A stretch of DNA of 63,929 nucleotides, counting the filler, from Octopus bimaculoides (lineage: Eukaryota), in NCBI RefSeq assembly GCF_001194135.2. It is 3 parts of 3 records of this genome, joined end to end, with 100 filler letters (N's around TTAATTAATTAA, not from the genome) between each part and the next. Parts side by side here need not be neighbours in the genome. Positions count along the whole stretch, not along the records: positions 1 to 21,318 come from NC_068990.1; 2 more parts are not named here. One strand, given 5' to 3'. The notes under the pieces were generated by a model. That model saw nothing but the letters and a program-made list of their open reading frames with translations, made no database searches and was not told the origin of the DNA. A program made the translations under genes and the position numbers. This document shows positions 1 to 13,689 of the stretch, one piece after another. The first letter of the stretch is position 1. Each line of letters opens with the position of its first letter.

Positions 1-31
<31 letters not shown>

Positions 32-34
<3 letters not shown>

Positions 35-1140
35 AGATTTGTTAGTTCGTTACATTGTTTTTATTGTCTGGTTATCTTATTTATTGTATGTAACAAATTA
101 CGTTACATCTGGCGACGAGGTTTTCGAAGCTCACGTAGGTTATTTAGGAATTTGTTCGTGATACAACTTGTTAAATAATGGAAGACATATCAGCTTCCAT
201 AGTTCAGTTGCAAAAGCAACAACAAGAGCAGCAACAGGAGTTGCAGAAGCAACTATTACAGCAACAACTACAACAACATTTATTGGAGCTACAGTCAAGA
301 AGTCCAGTATTCGCCAGACGGCCTTTCGAACTCGATTGATGAATTCAGTTATAACCCAGAGGAGAGTATAACTTTTGCATCGTATTACAGAAGGTACGGG
401 GAGATTTTTAAGCAAGATTGCAAATCATGGTCAGTCGAACAAAAGTGAGATTATTATTGCGAAAATTAGCTCCATTAGAGCATGAACGTTACTATAATTT
501 CATATTGCCCAAAAATCCCAATGAAATTTGTTTTAAAGAAACAATAGAATTACTGTCTAACACACTGGGTGATAAAACTTCTCTATTTAACACTCGAATG
601 GAGTATCGGAATATAAAGGAAAAAGAGAATGATTTTATTACGTATGCAGGAACAATCAACAAAATGTGTGAAAGTCTCAAGCACAAAGAACTTACATCTG
701 AGATGTTCGAGTTTCTTATTTTCGTACAAGACCTTACAGCAAGCAAAGATACAAAAATTCGGGCAAGAATTCTTTCTAAATTGGAACAAGCGAACCAAGA
801 TCTAACTTTACAGTCCGTGGCAGAAGAATGCCAAAGGATGGTAGAAAAAATTCAAGAAAAGGATTCCTCAAAAATACAGATATGCCGACCAGAAAAGTAC
901 AACCAAAAAAGAACGCCACATCCTAATGTTATGGATGTGGAGGTATACATTTCAGAAAAGACTTTCCATTAAAAAATAAAAAATGCTACAGTTGCAAAAG
1001 AATTGGTCTCAAGAGTTCATGCTGCAGAATAAAATTACGAAGGTCAAACGTTAAAAATCCTAGAGTGCTCTCAACAGAAACAAAAATCAACTCCCAAATA
1101 AGAAAATTAGTACACGTAAAAATAAATGGAATACATATTA
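32..1140 (+). mobile_element. 5' fragment of a Ty3/Gypsy-like LTR retrotransposon (LTR end, PBS, decayed gag, start of protease)
   Basis: LTR-like end ...TTACA at 107, then PBS TGGCGACGAGG at 110-120. Gag-like ORF 418-972 (VRLLLRKL...YYNFILPK...SLFNTR...IFVQDL...IRARILSKLE). Two degenerate CCHC knuckles in a shifted frame near 930-1030 (CYGCGGIHFRKDF, CYSCKRIGLKSSC). Protease-like RKLVHVKING near 1100. Truncated by a SINE. Confidence 0.85.
110..120 (+). promoter_or_regulatory. Primer binding site complementary to a tRNA 3' end (matches tRNA-Ser(GCU) ...CCUCGUCGCCA)
   Basis: TGGCGACGAGG lies 2 nt after the LTR-terminal CA. The tRNA assignment comes from my recall of the eukaryotic tRNA-Ser(GCU) 3' end. 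Confidence 0.7.
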
Positions 1141-1204
1141 TTTTGTATTGTGTTTTAAATTGTATATCAATTTTATTCTTACTTTTACTCAATTGTATTC
1201 TTTT

Positions 1205-1405
1205 ATTCTTTTATTTGTTTCAGTCATTTGACTGCGGCCATGCTGGAGCACCGCCTTCAGTTGAGCAACTCGACCCCGGGACTTATTCTATGTAAGCCTA
1301 GTACTTATTTTATCGGCCTCTTTTGCCGAACCGCTAAGTTACAGGGACATATACACACCAGCATCGGTTGTCAAGTGATGGTGGAGGGACAAGCACAGAC
1401 ACACA
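1205..1405 (-). mobile_element. SINE family A (tRNA-derived, internal microsatellite), 3' half
   Basis: CAGTCATTTGACTGCGGCCATGCTGGAGCACCGCC...CATCGGTTGTCAAG is shared with the copies at 10.7, 45.2, 45.7, 48.5 and 49.1 kb. Runs into a gap. Confidence 0.9.
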
Positions 1406-2039
1406 CACAAATATATATATATATANNNNNNNNNNNNNNNNNNNNNNNNNNNNNNNNNNNNNNNNNNNNNNNNNNNNNNNNNNNNNNNNNNNNNNNNNNN
1501 NNNNNNNNNNNNNNNNNNNNNNNNNNNNNNNNNNNNNNNNNNNNNNNNNNNNNNNNNNNNNNNNNNNNNNNNNNNNNNNNNNNNNNNNNNNNNNNNNNNN
1601 NNNNNNNNNNNNNNNNNNNNNNNNNNNNNNNNNNNNNNNNNNNNNNNNNNNNNNNNNNNNNNNNNNNNNNNNNNNNNNNNNNNNNNNNNNNNNNNNNNNN
1701 NNNNNNNNNNNNNNNNNNNNNNNNNNNNNNNNNNNNNNNNNNNNNNNNNNNNNNNNNNNNNNNNNNNNNNNNNNNNNNNNNNNNNNNNNNNNNNNNNNNN
1801 NNNNNNNNNNNNNNNNNNNNNNNNNNNNNNNNNNNNNNNNNNNNNNNNNNNNNNNNNNNNNNNNNNNNNNNNNNNNNNNNNNNNNNNNNNNNNNNNNNNN
1901 NNNNNNNNNNNNNAGCCTTTGATTGGGCAAAGACTGGAAGAAGGATATTCTAATATAAAACCTACAACTGTAAATGCACCTAATGATGTCGACTTGCTCT
2001 TCTTTTTGGATCATGCTTTGTAGTTTAGAGAGTGGAAAT

Positions 2040-3390
2040 GGTTTCTGTGCAAAAATTCTTCCTCACTTTAAAAAGCGTCAAGCACAGGTACTGCTGGAGA
2101 GGAAAAAGAAATGAACATCTTGTATGTACATGGCTCGCCAAAGCTTAAAAAGGCACAACTAAACAATGAAAGTTGATATTGATACTGAAGTAAATGGCAA
2201 AAAGGGCTCTGGAACATTTTGTTCTATGGTCTGGTCCGGCAGATGTCCCAGGGACTGGATCCGGTCGTCATCTTGCAACTGTGAGTAAATTCAGGTTAAG
2301 ATGCAAGCCTATGAACATAGGATGTTGGAATGTTCGAACGTTATTAGACAATGATTGACTGAAATCTCGTCCGGAGAGAAGATCTGCGCTTGTTGAAAAA
2401 GAGTTACAGCAATATGATATGAATATTGTAGCGTTAGCCGAAACAAGAATTCATGGAAAGGGGAATTTCGTAGAGAAATCTGCTGAGTATCGTTTCTTTT
2501 GGAGTGGTAGAGAGGAGACCTATAAGAGAGAATCAGGAGTGGGATTTGCTATCAAAACCACTCTGGCTTCAAAACTTGAGGAACTACCATGTGGTCATTC
2601 TGATTGTTTGATGTCTTTAAGACTTCCGTTAAGAAAAGGTCGCTATGCAACACTCATAAATGCATATGCTCCAACTATAGATTCATCAGAGGATAATAAA
2701 CTTGCCTTCTATCTATCAATTACAGAGATTATATGCAGTATCCCATATGAGGACAAAGTTGTCATTTTAGGTGATTTTAGTACTCGTGTTGGTGCAGTTT
2801 GGGAGACCTGGGGTGTCTTAAGAAGGCATGCGGTTGGGAGTTCCAACAGTAATGGTTTACTGCTATTACAAATATGCATAGAGATGGATTTGTGTGTTAT
2901 GAACACAATGTTTCAACTAAAGAAAAATAAGTATAAAACAACATGGGTGCACCTTGGTTCTTAGAAATGGCATCTTATAGATTACATCCTCACCAGGAAA
3001 CAAGATACTAGGGACTTTGCTATTGTATGAGTGATGCATAGTACAGAGTGCTGGATAGACTATAAACTTTTGCAAGCCAAGATGAATTTTTTTTTCAAGC
3101 CTAAAGTTAGAGCAAATGATGACAAGTTACCTAAATAAATTGATGTCAATAAACTTAAGATACCACCAGTACACAATGAGTTTGTGAGTGAGATAAATGA
3201 TTTGTCCTGTGATGGAAGCTGGAAGTCATTCAAGGAAAGAGTACACGAGGTTTGTAGTAACATTCTTGGCTTTGCTGTAAAAAAGCACCAAGATTGGTTT
3301 GACAATAATGATGAAGAAATAAGTCTTATCTTAGAGGAGAAGCAAACGGCATTTAACATGCTGCAAAATGTTGACATGTCAGCGAACAGG
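2040..3390 (+). mobile_element. RTE-clade LINE fragment (APE endonuclease and linker), pseudogenised
   Basis: Translation MNIGCWNVRTLLD...PERRSALV...IVALAETR...FFWSG...GVGFAI...LMSLRLPL...TLINAYAPT...VVILGDFSTRVG...TWVH, followed by WHLIDYIL and KKHQDWFD(N)ND. Contains stops and frameshifts. Confidence 0.9.
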
Positions 3391-3470
3391 ATAGTTGCCG
3401 TAAAGTTTATGGTTTGGAGCCGTATACTCAACAAGCAGGAATATGAACACCTAATTGTATATCTTTAGCC

Positions 3471-3553
3471 AACTCTGATGAGATTCGACTTTTAAATGGT
3501 TTCAATTATGGTAATTAATTTCTAAATGTCTGGAATTGAAACAGCTGTCAGAG
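3471..3553 (+). ncRNA. Minimal type I hammerhead ribozyme motif (PLE-type), long stem II, weak stem I
   Basis: CTGATGA 3475-3481; imperfect stem II 3482-3537; GAAA 3538-3541; palindrome ACAGCTGT 3541-3548; GUC triplet 3547-3549. Stem I is only 2 bp (CT/AG). Confidence 0.6.
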
Positions 3554-3619
3554 ATAATGTCTATTTTTTAATCAATAAATAATTATTGATTATCTCTCTA
3601 TCTTCTTATCTTCTTAAAT

Positions 3620-4699
<1,080 letters not shown>

Positions 4700-4804
4700 A
4701 AATTAGTTATATACATATATATTATATATTAAAAATTCGGTCTAATATTATACTGAATTTTACCTGTAAGGTTGGAATAAATTTTTATTCCCTAATATTA
4801 TTAC

Positions 4805-4808
4805 TATG

Positions 4809-4859
<51 letters not shown>

Positions 4860-4862
4860 ATA

Positions 4863-4945
<83 letters not shown>

Positions 4946-5215
4946 ATATATGTATGAATATATATGTGTATATATATGTATATATGTATATGTATGAATA
5001 TATATATATGTATATATACATACGTATGTATATATATGTGTGTGTATGTGTATATATATATATATATGTGTGTATGTATATATATATACGTGTGTGTATA
5101 TATATATAAGTATGTATATATGTACGTATATATACATGTATGTATATGTGCGTTTGTATATTTATATGTATGTATACACATACATGTGTGTGTATATATA
5201 TGTATGCATATAAAT

Positions 5216-5272
<57 letters not shown>

Positions 5273-5295
5273 CATACATACATATATATATATAT
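4805..5295. repeat. Compound (TA)n/(TG)n/(TATG)n microsatellite
   Basis: Seen directly. Confidence 0.95.
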
Positions 5296-7399
5296 GGATA
5301 AACTTCTTTGTAGAACGCTCTTCGTTTTTGTATTGAATAACTTTTCCCCATTTCAACGTTTTTCGTATAATACTCTTCACATCAAAATTGAAGCCTTTCA
5401 TATTTTATCTCTAATTTTACCTTGCTAGTTAGGCTTGTCAAAAACAAGTTAATTATCGGAAAGTTAAAAAAATGTGTTTTTCCATTCTGTTATTATAATA
5501 GAACAAAACCATCTTATCAGTTATTTTCCATTTCGACTTTGGTCGAATTCATATTTTTTATGTATTTTTATTTATTTGTCAAAAGTGCTCAAGACATTGA
5601 GATTGAGTTAAAATATTGTAATCTAATATATATGTCAGTATAAAATCACTAAATGCGCTTGGAAGTACGAATATTTATATAAAAATAGATATCAATTTAA
5701 CTCTACATACAGCGCTGTGTTTTGATAGCTTACTTTGTCTCATGAGTGGAGAAAAAGAGATGCATGTATTCTTGCATGTATATTGAATTATAATAATTTA
5801 GCTCTGCTTCAGAGTATGTAGCTTTCTGTTACTTTTGCATATAGATATATGTTAAAAGATGTATTGAGAAATATTTGGAATAAGGTTACAGTTTTTAAAC
5901 TTGTAAAGTCCTCTTAATAAACAGAAAATATTATATGTAAAAAAATGACGTGAAGGGAAATATCTAGGGACACTTTCTGAGCAAAAACTTTGTAGTTAAG
6001 CAGACACTAGCTTGCTTAGTAGGAAAAAACATGAAATTTTAATTGATTAAAGTTACATCTTTAGTGAAGAACATTTTTTTTTAATATTAATTCTGATAAA
6101 ATTAGTGAAAGCAATGCAGAAATTTTAATTAGTTAAAATTAATTAAATATTGAAGTAAATGAGGAAGGAGTTTGATCTTCAGCATTGTAACAACTTCAGG
6201 CATGTTTCTGCCTAAATATAACACATCAGTGAACCTTAGTCAAACTGGTACCGCAAGATCTTTGAATGGCTATAGAGAAATATATTTTGTGGGAATGAAG
6301 AGTGTTGTAATAGCATAAAAAGATCACTAGTAGGAAATATCCCTTTCTACATCCCATAATCAATAAATTTTAATGAATTACAGTTTCTGGCATATCTTGC
6401 CTGTATTTTCACCATAACTAGGTGCCCTTGTGTACATTCCCTAATCATTCTTTTAAGTTTTTACACCATTCAGTATTGATTTAGGAGAAATCTATATCTC
6501 TCTATTCATTATAAGATATTGTAGACGAGGTTAAATGTTGCTTCACAAGTGAGATCAAATAAGACCAAAACATGTTCAACGTTATTTATCATCATACATT
6601 TAAATATCAGTCTCACTACCCAACAGCATTCCAACTATTATTAATTTTACTTAAAATTTCCAAATTAACTCCCTTGCAGTTTTACCAGAATTAGCCATTT
6701 TGATAATGATTCTTCTCTTTTCTGTCAACATAAACTTAATTAAAATTTCCTGTGTACCACGTGAAGTACACACAGCACTTGCTCTGATATTACAGATTAG
6801 CTGTGTCTGTATACCAAATTTCATGCTTGTTATTCATAAAGTTCAATAGTCAAGAATCAACAGTGGCTAATCAACAACAGCCTCGCCACTGATAAAATGG
6901 ATGTCATTTGGGTATCTATCTACCGTGTAACGTTTCTTCATTCAACAGCTTTTGTGAAATAACATTTCTAAACAGGATGCTTTACAAATTTGGCATCATT
7001 CTCAGATTACTCCCTCATCTACTAGCAAGCCAAATTTCCTTGAAATCTTTCTTCATCCATCTATCCAGATTCAAAGATAGCTGTATTTTTAATCTGTTAC
7101 TTTCTTTCTCTTCCTCTCTTTCTCTCTTTCTTTCTTTCTTTCTTTCTTTCTTACTTTCCCTCTTTCATTCTTTCTCCCACCCTTTCTCTCTCTCTTTTCT
7201 TTCTTTCATTCTTTCTCTCACCCATTCTCTCTTTCTGTCTTTCTTTTTCCTTTACTTTCATCATATAGTATCCCCTTAGCTAGATCTACTAATGACTTGC
7301 TATACTAAGACACGCGTCATTAGTGTCTCGCTCTTGAGAACTTAGGAGCAGGAATGCTTGAGTGATATCCCCACACATGAACTTCATTTATTTCTCTTA

Positions 7400-7800
7400 T
7401 CACTGAAATCAAAAGTTTCCTTCCAGACCAATTCACTGTAGCTTGCAATTAGGAGACTCTCACCGAAACAACATTCCTTCAATCATTGTGTGCCACAAAG
7501 TTGAGTTATATTTCCCATCCTCTTCCTTCAGTCCAACAATAACTTTCTTACCCAAACACACTCCTACACAGTCGATACCACTCTTTGCTTATTCTTAGCC
7601 TTCCTCATACAAGTGTCATCCAAGCACAACCTGAGCATCTCTTACTGGAATTGCTTTCATGAGCAAAGATTTCTAAAACATCCTCCAATGGCAAAATGAC
7701 AAAATGTCATCTTTAACAGCTCAAAATTGCAATAGCCACATATCACAGAAACAGCTTTGTACCATCCTCTATCAGCACATGATTGGCACACAAAGCTTAA
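7400..7800 (-). mobile_element. Possible highly decayed L1/Tx1-like ORF2 C-terminal remnant
   Basis: Minus-strand pieces KAIPVRDAQ and TV*ECVWVRK resemble NALPVREKL and VLKECVWRSR in the 20 kb L1/Tx1 copy. Weak. Confidence 0.3.
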
Positions 7801-7860
7801 AAATTAGTTGCAAATGCTAGGCCTTAAAATCTCTGATAATCTCTCAGATGGTGTTACATA

Positions 7861-9359
7861 TATGAGGGTGGGCTGAAAAGTTCATAGATCGACTGTGAAG
7901 AAGTGATGCTCGAGCTGTGAAATCTTGCATGTATTAATTTAAAATCTTCTTATTAATAACTACATTTCTTTCCAGGTAGGCTGAAAAGTTCATAAGTCAA
8001 CCGTGAAGGAGTGATGCTAGAGCTGTGAAATCTTGCNNNNNNNNNNGAAATCTTGCATGTATTAATTTAAAATCTTCTTATTAATAACTACATTTCTTTC
8101 CAGGTAGGCTGAAAAGTTCAGAAGTCAACCGTGAAGGAGTTGATGCTAGAGCTGTGAAATCTTGCATGTATTAATTTAAAATCTTCTTAATAACTACATT
8201 TCTTTCCAGGTAGGCTAACATCTAACTGTCTGAAGAAGACTTCAAAAGTTACTAGTTGCGACTTTTCTTGAAAATAGATAAAATTTGGCTCTGTGGTCTC
8301 ATCAAGTGCTGGCAAAAAAAGGGTTTAACCCCCAAGAACATTCATGCTGACACGGTTAATACCTTAGGGGATGACACTCCAGCTTTATCAACAGTGAAAA
8401 GTGAGCAACTGAATTTAGGAGAAGAGAGTATCTTGAAGATGACCCAAGGTTTGAACGTTCTGCAACTGCCACCAACGAGGGATAAATTTGATCATGTTCA
8501 CCACATGGATGACATGGATGACAGGTAGTTGATTATAAATTAAATAGCAATTGCTATTAGTATATCCCATGAGAGAGTTGAAAATATTCTGCACAATGAA
8601 CTTGGCATGACAAACGTTTCTACTCAGTGGTGCCACGTCCTTGACATCAGATCAAAAGTGCACCAGGCTGGTCATATCAGGGGAAAATCTGACAGAGTTT
8701 GATGCAGATCCAGCCAGCTTCCTTGAATGTTTTCTAAGCCAGGATGAGTCTTGGCTTCATCACTTTGAGCCAGAAACAAAGTGACAGTCCATGCAGTAGA
8801 AACACCTCTCCTCACTTGCTCTGAAGAAAGCCAAGGTTGTTTCTCCTGCATGGAACGTGATGGCACAGTTTTTTTTTATGCAAAAGGCATTCTGCTAATT
8901 GACCATCTTCAAAAGGGCCACACTATCAATGGAAGCAGTTAGAAAGGCTAGCAAGACCAAACTCCCAGGAAAACTAATGAAAGGGGTTTTGTTTCATCAG
9001 CCCAATGCTCCAGCATACAAGTCCTTAGTTTCAATGGCTGTTGTGCATGACGGTGGTTTTGAACTGGTTGATCATAATTCTCCTAATTTGGCCCAATCTG
9101 ACTATCACCTGTTCCCCAAGATGAAAAATCACTGAGCTGGGAACCAGTGTCACAGGGATGATGATGTCATATCCATTGTTGATAACTCTTTTTGACCAAC
9201 AGGATGAAAGCTTCTTCATCTATGGAATCCAAGCACTGCAACATCGAAGGAAGAAGTGTGTGGACAGCAAAAGGGACTGTGTTGAAAAATTAACCTCATT
9301 TGGTCACATTCCATGAGAGTTTATAGATCAGCCAACAAACTTTTCAGCTGACCCTTGTA
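7861..9359 (+). mobile_element. Mariner (Tc1/mariner) DNA transposon with decayed transposase
   Basis: TA-flanked TIRs (TA TGAGGGTGGGCTGAAAAGTT; right end reverse complement TA CAAGGGTCAGCTGAAAAGTT). Motif remnants W(V)PRPLT, DESWLHHFEPETK, LFHQPNAPAY (HDNA-like) and SPNLAQSDYHLFPKMK (YSPDLAPSD-like). Confidence 0.9.
7871..8215 (+). repeat. About 107-bp tandem repeat of the mariner 5' end including the TIR core (about 3 units)
   Basis: GGCTGAAAAGTTCA...CTGTGAAATCTTGCATGTATTAATTTAAAATC...TTTCCAGGTA recurs at 7871, 7978 and 8106. A 10-N gap at 8037-8046 means part of it may be an assembly duplication. Confidence 0.8.
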
Positions 9360-9639
9360 TATCATTTCAAAAAAATAAATCCAGATTTCCTTTTGAAATC
9401 AAAAAATATACTTGAGACTCAGTCATTTAAGGCTCCTGTTCAAAGCTCAAATGTGATCCATACTGAACTACTGTTCACATATTTGAGACATTAGTACTTC
9501 TACACTTGAAAACAGCCTAAACAGTAGCCAAAAGAAGGTTAACTAGCTGATTGGTAAAGTGTTCCAAGGAAACTTCTATAAGGTGATTCGACCTGATGTA
9601 ACAGTCAAATCTCCTCCATCCAAGATCTGTTGTCTTAAA

Positions 9640-10560
9640 TAAGAAGGTTATATTAAAAGATGAAATCCTTATTATACAAAAAGACTGGACGATCACGAAT
9701 AGAATGCTATTAATTGACAAGCTTATTACTGCCCGATATTTTCATGGAAATTCAAAGTTAGAAAATTTGCCTCCAAATATGCCAGGAAAAGACAGGTTGC
9801 TAAAATGTTTCCTGAAAGACAAATAGATTTGTAAAATATAGTTTTAGTTATGATTGATGGTGCATCTAATATGGTAGGCTGAAATGTTCATTTTGTAAAG
9901 CATTTTCTTTCAGGAAATATGGTGCACAAAAGTAGGCTTTAAAGCAGTCAGTTGGCAATGGTTTACTAATTACAATTATAAGTGACAGTTAAGTCATGGT
10001 CAAAAATTTGTTGAGTGTTTAAGTTGAATCAGACTACTTTTATATGTAAAAAGCATGGAGCATGATTTTCTTCGGCTGAATTATTGTATTTGCTAGGTAA
10101 ACTTGTTTTGTTTTCTTTGACATTTTGTTGCATTTGAATGAACTTAACATTATACTGCAAAGTTTTTGGAAATAAACTACAGAGTTGTTTAGCTTGATCA
10201 TGAATTTTGAGAGCAATCGCAACATATTTTGATGTTTGTCTTAAAAGGGAATAATTTTTTGGTAAAAAAATCAACTCTAAGAATTTTGAACAAAGAAAAC
10301 AGTTTATAGACATGCTAAGGGCTGAGACTGGGAAGTTTTCTAGATTTGTGCAATTCAAGGAGTTAAAGATAAATTATAAACTTATAAAATTAATAAAGCA
10401 GATATCTGAAATTAGATGCATTAGAGTGGCAGGAATTAGATGCATTAGAGTGGCAGGAATTAAACATCTAGAAATGCAGTTGACCAAATTTCAATTCAAC
10501 CATATTTATAAGCAAAAATTCTTTATGAATTCAATATCATTTACAAGAAATTGAATGCAA
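9640..10560 (+). mobile_element. Decayed hAT-superfamily (GTF2IRD2/Buster-like) transposase remnant
   Basis: Fragments VMIDGASNMVG (about 9850, DG-x-x-x-M motif) and LHLNELNIILQ (about 10130). No TIRs found. Confidence 0.5.
10411..10458. repeat. Perfect 24-bp tandem duplication
   Basis: ATTAGATGCATTAGAGTGGCAGGA x2. Confidence 0.95.
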
Positions 10561-10699
10561 ACAAGTATAAGTAATCATAAGTAATCAGTTACACTCTGGA
10601 CTTCTGAGAATGTGGAACTGTGTTCCCAAATCTTTTTGTGTTCTTAAAATTCATTCAAAATAACTCCTAACCAATTTCTTGTAAACATATCCATCTTTT

Positions 10700-11072
10700 G
10701 TCTCTTACTTGTTTCAGACATTAGACTGCGGCCATACTGGAGCACTGCCTTGGGAAATTTTTGTCAAATGAATCAACCCCAATACATTTTATTAAGCCTG
10801 GTACTTATTCTATCAGTTTCTTTTTGTCAAACTGCTATGTTACAATGTAAACATATCAACACCAGTTGTCAAGTGGTGGTGGAGGACAAAGACACAAATG
10901 CACACACACATATATAAAGAACGGGCTTCTTTGAGTTTCCGTCTACCAAATCCATTCACAAGGATTTGGTCAGCCCAAAGCTATTGTAGAAGACATTTGA
11001 CCAAGATGCCATGCAATCCAAAGCAATGTGGTTGGGAAACAAACTTCTTGCCACACAACCACACCTGCGCCT
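10700..11072 (-). mobile_element. SINE family A, diverged near-full copy
   Basis: Both the tRNA-like head region (about 11000-11070) and the 3' GACTGCGGCC region are present. Confidence 0.85.
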
Positions 11073-11724
11073 ATTAAACATAATTCTCGGCATTAAATAA
11101 TACATAGAATGAACAAGAGATGCAGAATGTGTGATGAATTGAATTGAGTTTCCTGATAAATTGAATTGCTTCCTGCACACTCAGCAACAAAATGTCATTA
11201 AAGTTAAATTTTGACATTTCAACATATTTTCTTTTCTACTCTAAGCAAAAGGCNNNNNNNNNNNNNNNNNNNNNNNNNNNNNNNNNNNNNNNNNNNNNNN
11301 NNNNNNNNNNNNNNNNNNNNNNNNNNNNNNNNNNNNNNNNNNNNNNNNNNNNNNNNNNNNNNNNNNNNNNNNNNNNNNNNNNNNNNNNNNNNNNNNNNNN
11401 NNNNNNNNNNNNNNNNNNNNNNNNNNNNNNNNNNNNNNNNNNNNNNNNNNNNNNNNNNNNNNNNNNNNNNNNNNNNNNNNNNNNNNNNNNNNNNNNNNNN
11501 NNNNNNNNNNNNNNNNNNNNNNNNNNNNNNNNNNNNNNNNNNNNNNNNNNNNNNNNNNNNNNNNNNNNNNNNNNNNNNNNNNNNNNNNNNNNNNNNNNNN
11601 NNNNNNNNNNNNNNNNNNNNNNNNNNNNNNNNNNNNNNNNNNNNNNNNNNNNNNNNNNNNNNNNNNNNNNNNNNNNNNNNNNNNNNNNNNNNNNNNNNNN
11701 NNNNNNNNNNNNNNNNNNNNNNNN

Positions 11725-11995
11725 AAACCACTAAGTTACGGGGACGTAAACACACCAGCATCGGTTGTCAAGGGGGGACAAACACAGACACACAAACATA
11801 TACACACACATACATACATATATATACATATATACGACAGGCTTCTTTCAGTTTCCATCTACCAAATCCACTCACAAGGCTTTGGTCGGCCCGAGGCTAT
11901 AGTAGAAGACACTTGCCCAAGGTGCCACGCAGTGGGTCTGAACCCAGAACCGTGTGGTTGGTAAGCAAGCTACTTACCACACAGCCACTCCTACT
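11725..11995 (-). mobile_element. SINE family A, 5' part
   Basis: On the minus strand: A-box-like TGGCTGTGTGG, B-box-like GGTTCAGACCC and CCTTGGGCAAG core. Confidence 0.9.
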
Positions 11996-13689
11996 CTTGA
12001 TTTTATAAATATATAAGAAAAATAGGCTGCTCTCTATGAGTGTTTTACCAACCATTGAAATACATATACTCATGTAAGTAATACTTCAATCACAGGATTA
12101 TTGAAAAAAATAATATTCTGACAAACCAAGCAAAGTTCAGTATTATTGAACAAAGGAGACTTGTATGTTGCATGTTGTTGTTGTGTAGCTTCATGTAAGC
12201 CTTTTTTTTTTTTTTGAGAAGACAACTGGTTGAAAACTTAAGCTCTGAACCTTCTATCCATTTATCTGTGTATCCCCTACATTTTTAAGACATTAATATG
12301 AGATTAAAGAGAGATGTGATTATTATTTCTTGCTTGTCCAATGTCCATAGAGACTCTCACGTTGCTTTGTAACCCTCATCCTTATTTGCTACCAGGGGGT
12401 GACTGGCAAATTACGATAATCTTTGTGGTTGAAAACATTTCGAAATATATTTTTTTATTTAATAACATTCCATTTACAAAATCAACTAGAGACATTCTCA
12501 TTTGATGCATATATGAGCTATTTACAGAGACATTATTTTGATTCTCAACATTTTAATTAACCTGTGTCATGTGTATTGCTTTGACCAATCAGTGACTGGT
12601 AGCCTGTGCAGCATAATTTTTCATTAAAATCTATTCTGCTCTCTTTTTTTCTTGTTTAATGTATTTCGTTCTATGTAGGCAATTTTGTATCTCTTCTGTT
12701 ATTTAATCTACCAGCAATCATGTGTCAGATGTTATTTTGCTCGCATTTGATTCTCTCTTGGAGGCAATTAACTTCTATCTCAGCCTAGCCTCAATAGAAT
12801 TTTCACCAGTAAATGTGAATCCATTTAACTGACTTTTGTTTGTAAGTTGTCCATTTATCTGTTGCATATATTTAACTTCACAACAGAGATGATCTTACTG
12901 ACATGAAAACTTGAAAACGTCTCTGTACATTTTCACATTTTACAACATAATCTATCCAATGACTTACCAATGTACATTTTCACAAGCACATTTGTGCTTT
13001 GATGTTGCAAATCAGTACCTAGAATTTTCCATGTTTGAATTCTTTAATATGCACTCGCAAACTGCATGTTGCAGAATTACTTGTGGGAGGTGCTTTTTTT
13101 TTTACCTAATGAGATATGTTGAGATAATTTTCCCTACAACTATTTAGAAAATTAAGGAACACTTATATACAACAGAAATTTTGTTGTGTCTTTAAATTTT
13201 CTATGACAATTTTTGTTGTAATCATTTTAAAGCATATTCTTATATCTAAAGGCATAATGGCATTTCATTTATAAGATGAGCTAGAGAAATTCAGACGTCG
13301 TCCATTACATCTGAACTATTAAACAAAAGCTCAAAGAGTTCATGGCTATAAAATTATTTATAAAAAAGATTAGGCTTGTCAGAAGATATGTAGAAAAACA
13401 TGAATACTTGTATGAAGTAAAGAAGTAGAAATTCTTACAAACAAAAGGTGAAAGGCTAAATTATTTTGATATATTAGAGAATGAGAAACTAAAAATAGAA
13501 TGGACGATTAAAGTTTTTAAAAAAGCTACTTCAGAGGAATTATTAAAATATTTAGATTAAACCTTGATGTGAGTAATACAATACAGGAAGATTTAATTGA
13601 GTTGAATAATACAAATCCACAAATAGTTCAGAATAGGCAGGAAATGCTCACAATCTACAAGAGAGAAGACATATATCTTTTACCCTGAA

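Noticed and set aside
11930-11995. tRNA-like A/B boxes in SINE heads as tRNA genes
   Set aside because: They lack a complete cloverleaf and continue into SINE bodies.
12968-13018. 51-nt minus-strand candidate exon (AG|...|GTAAGT; GTDLQHQSTNVLVKMYIG)
   Set aside because: The acceptor has no polypyrimidine tract, the peptide is unrecognised, and no partner exons could be linked.
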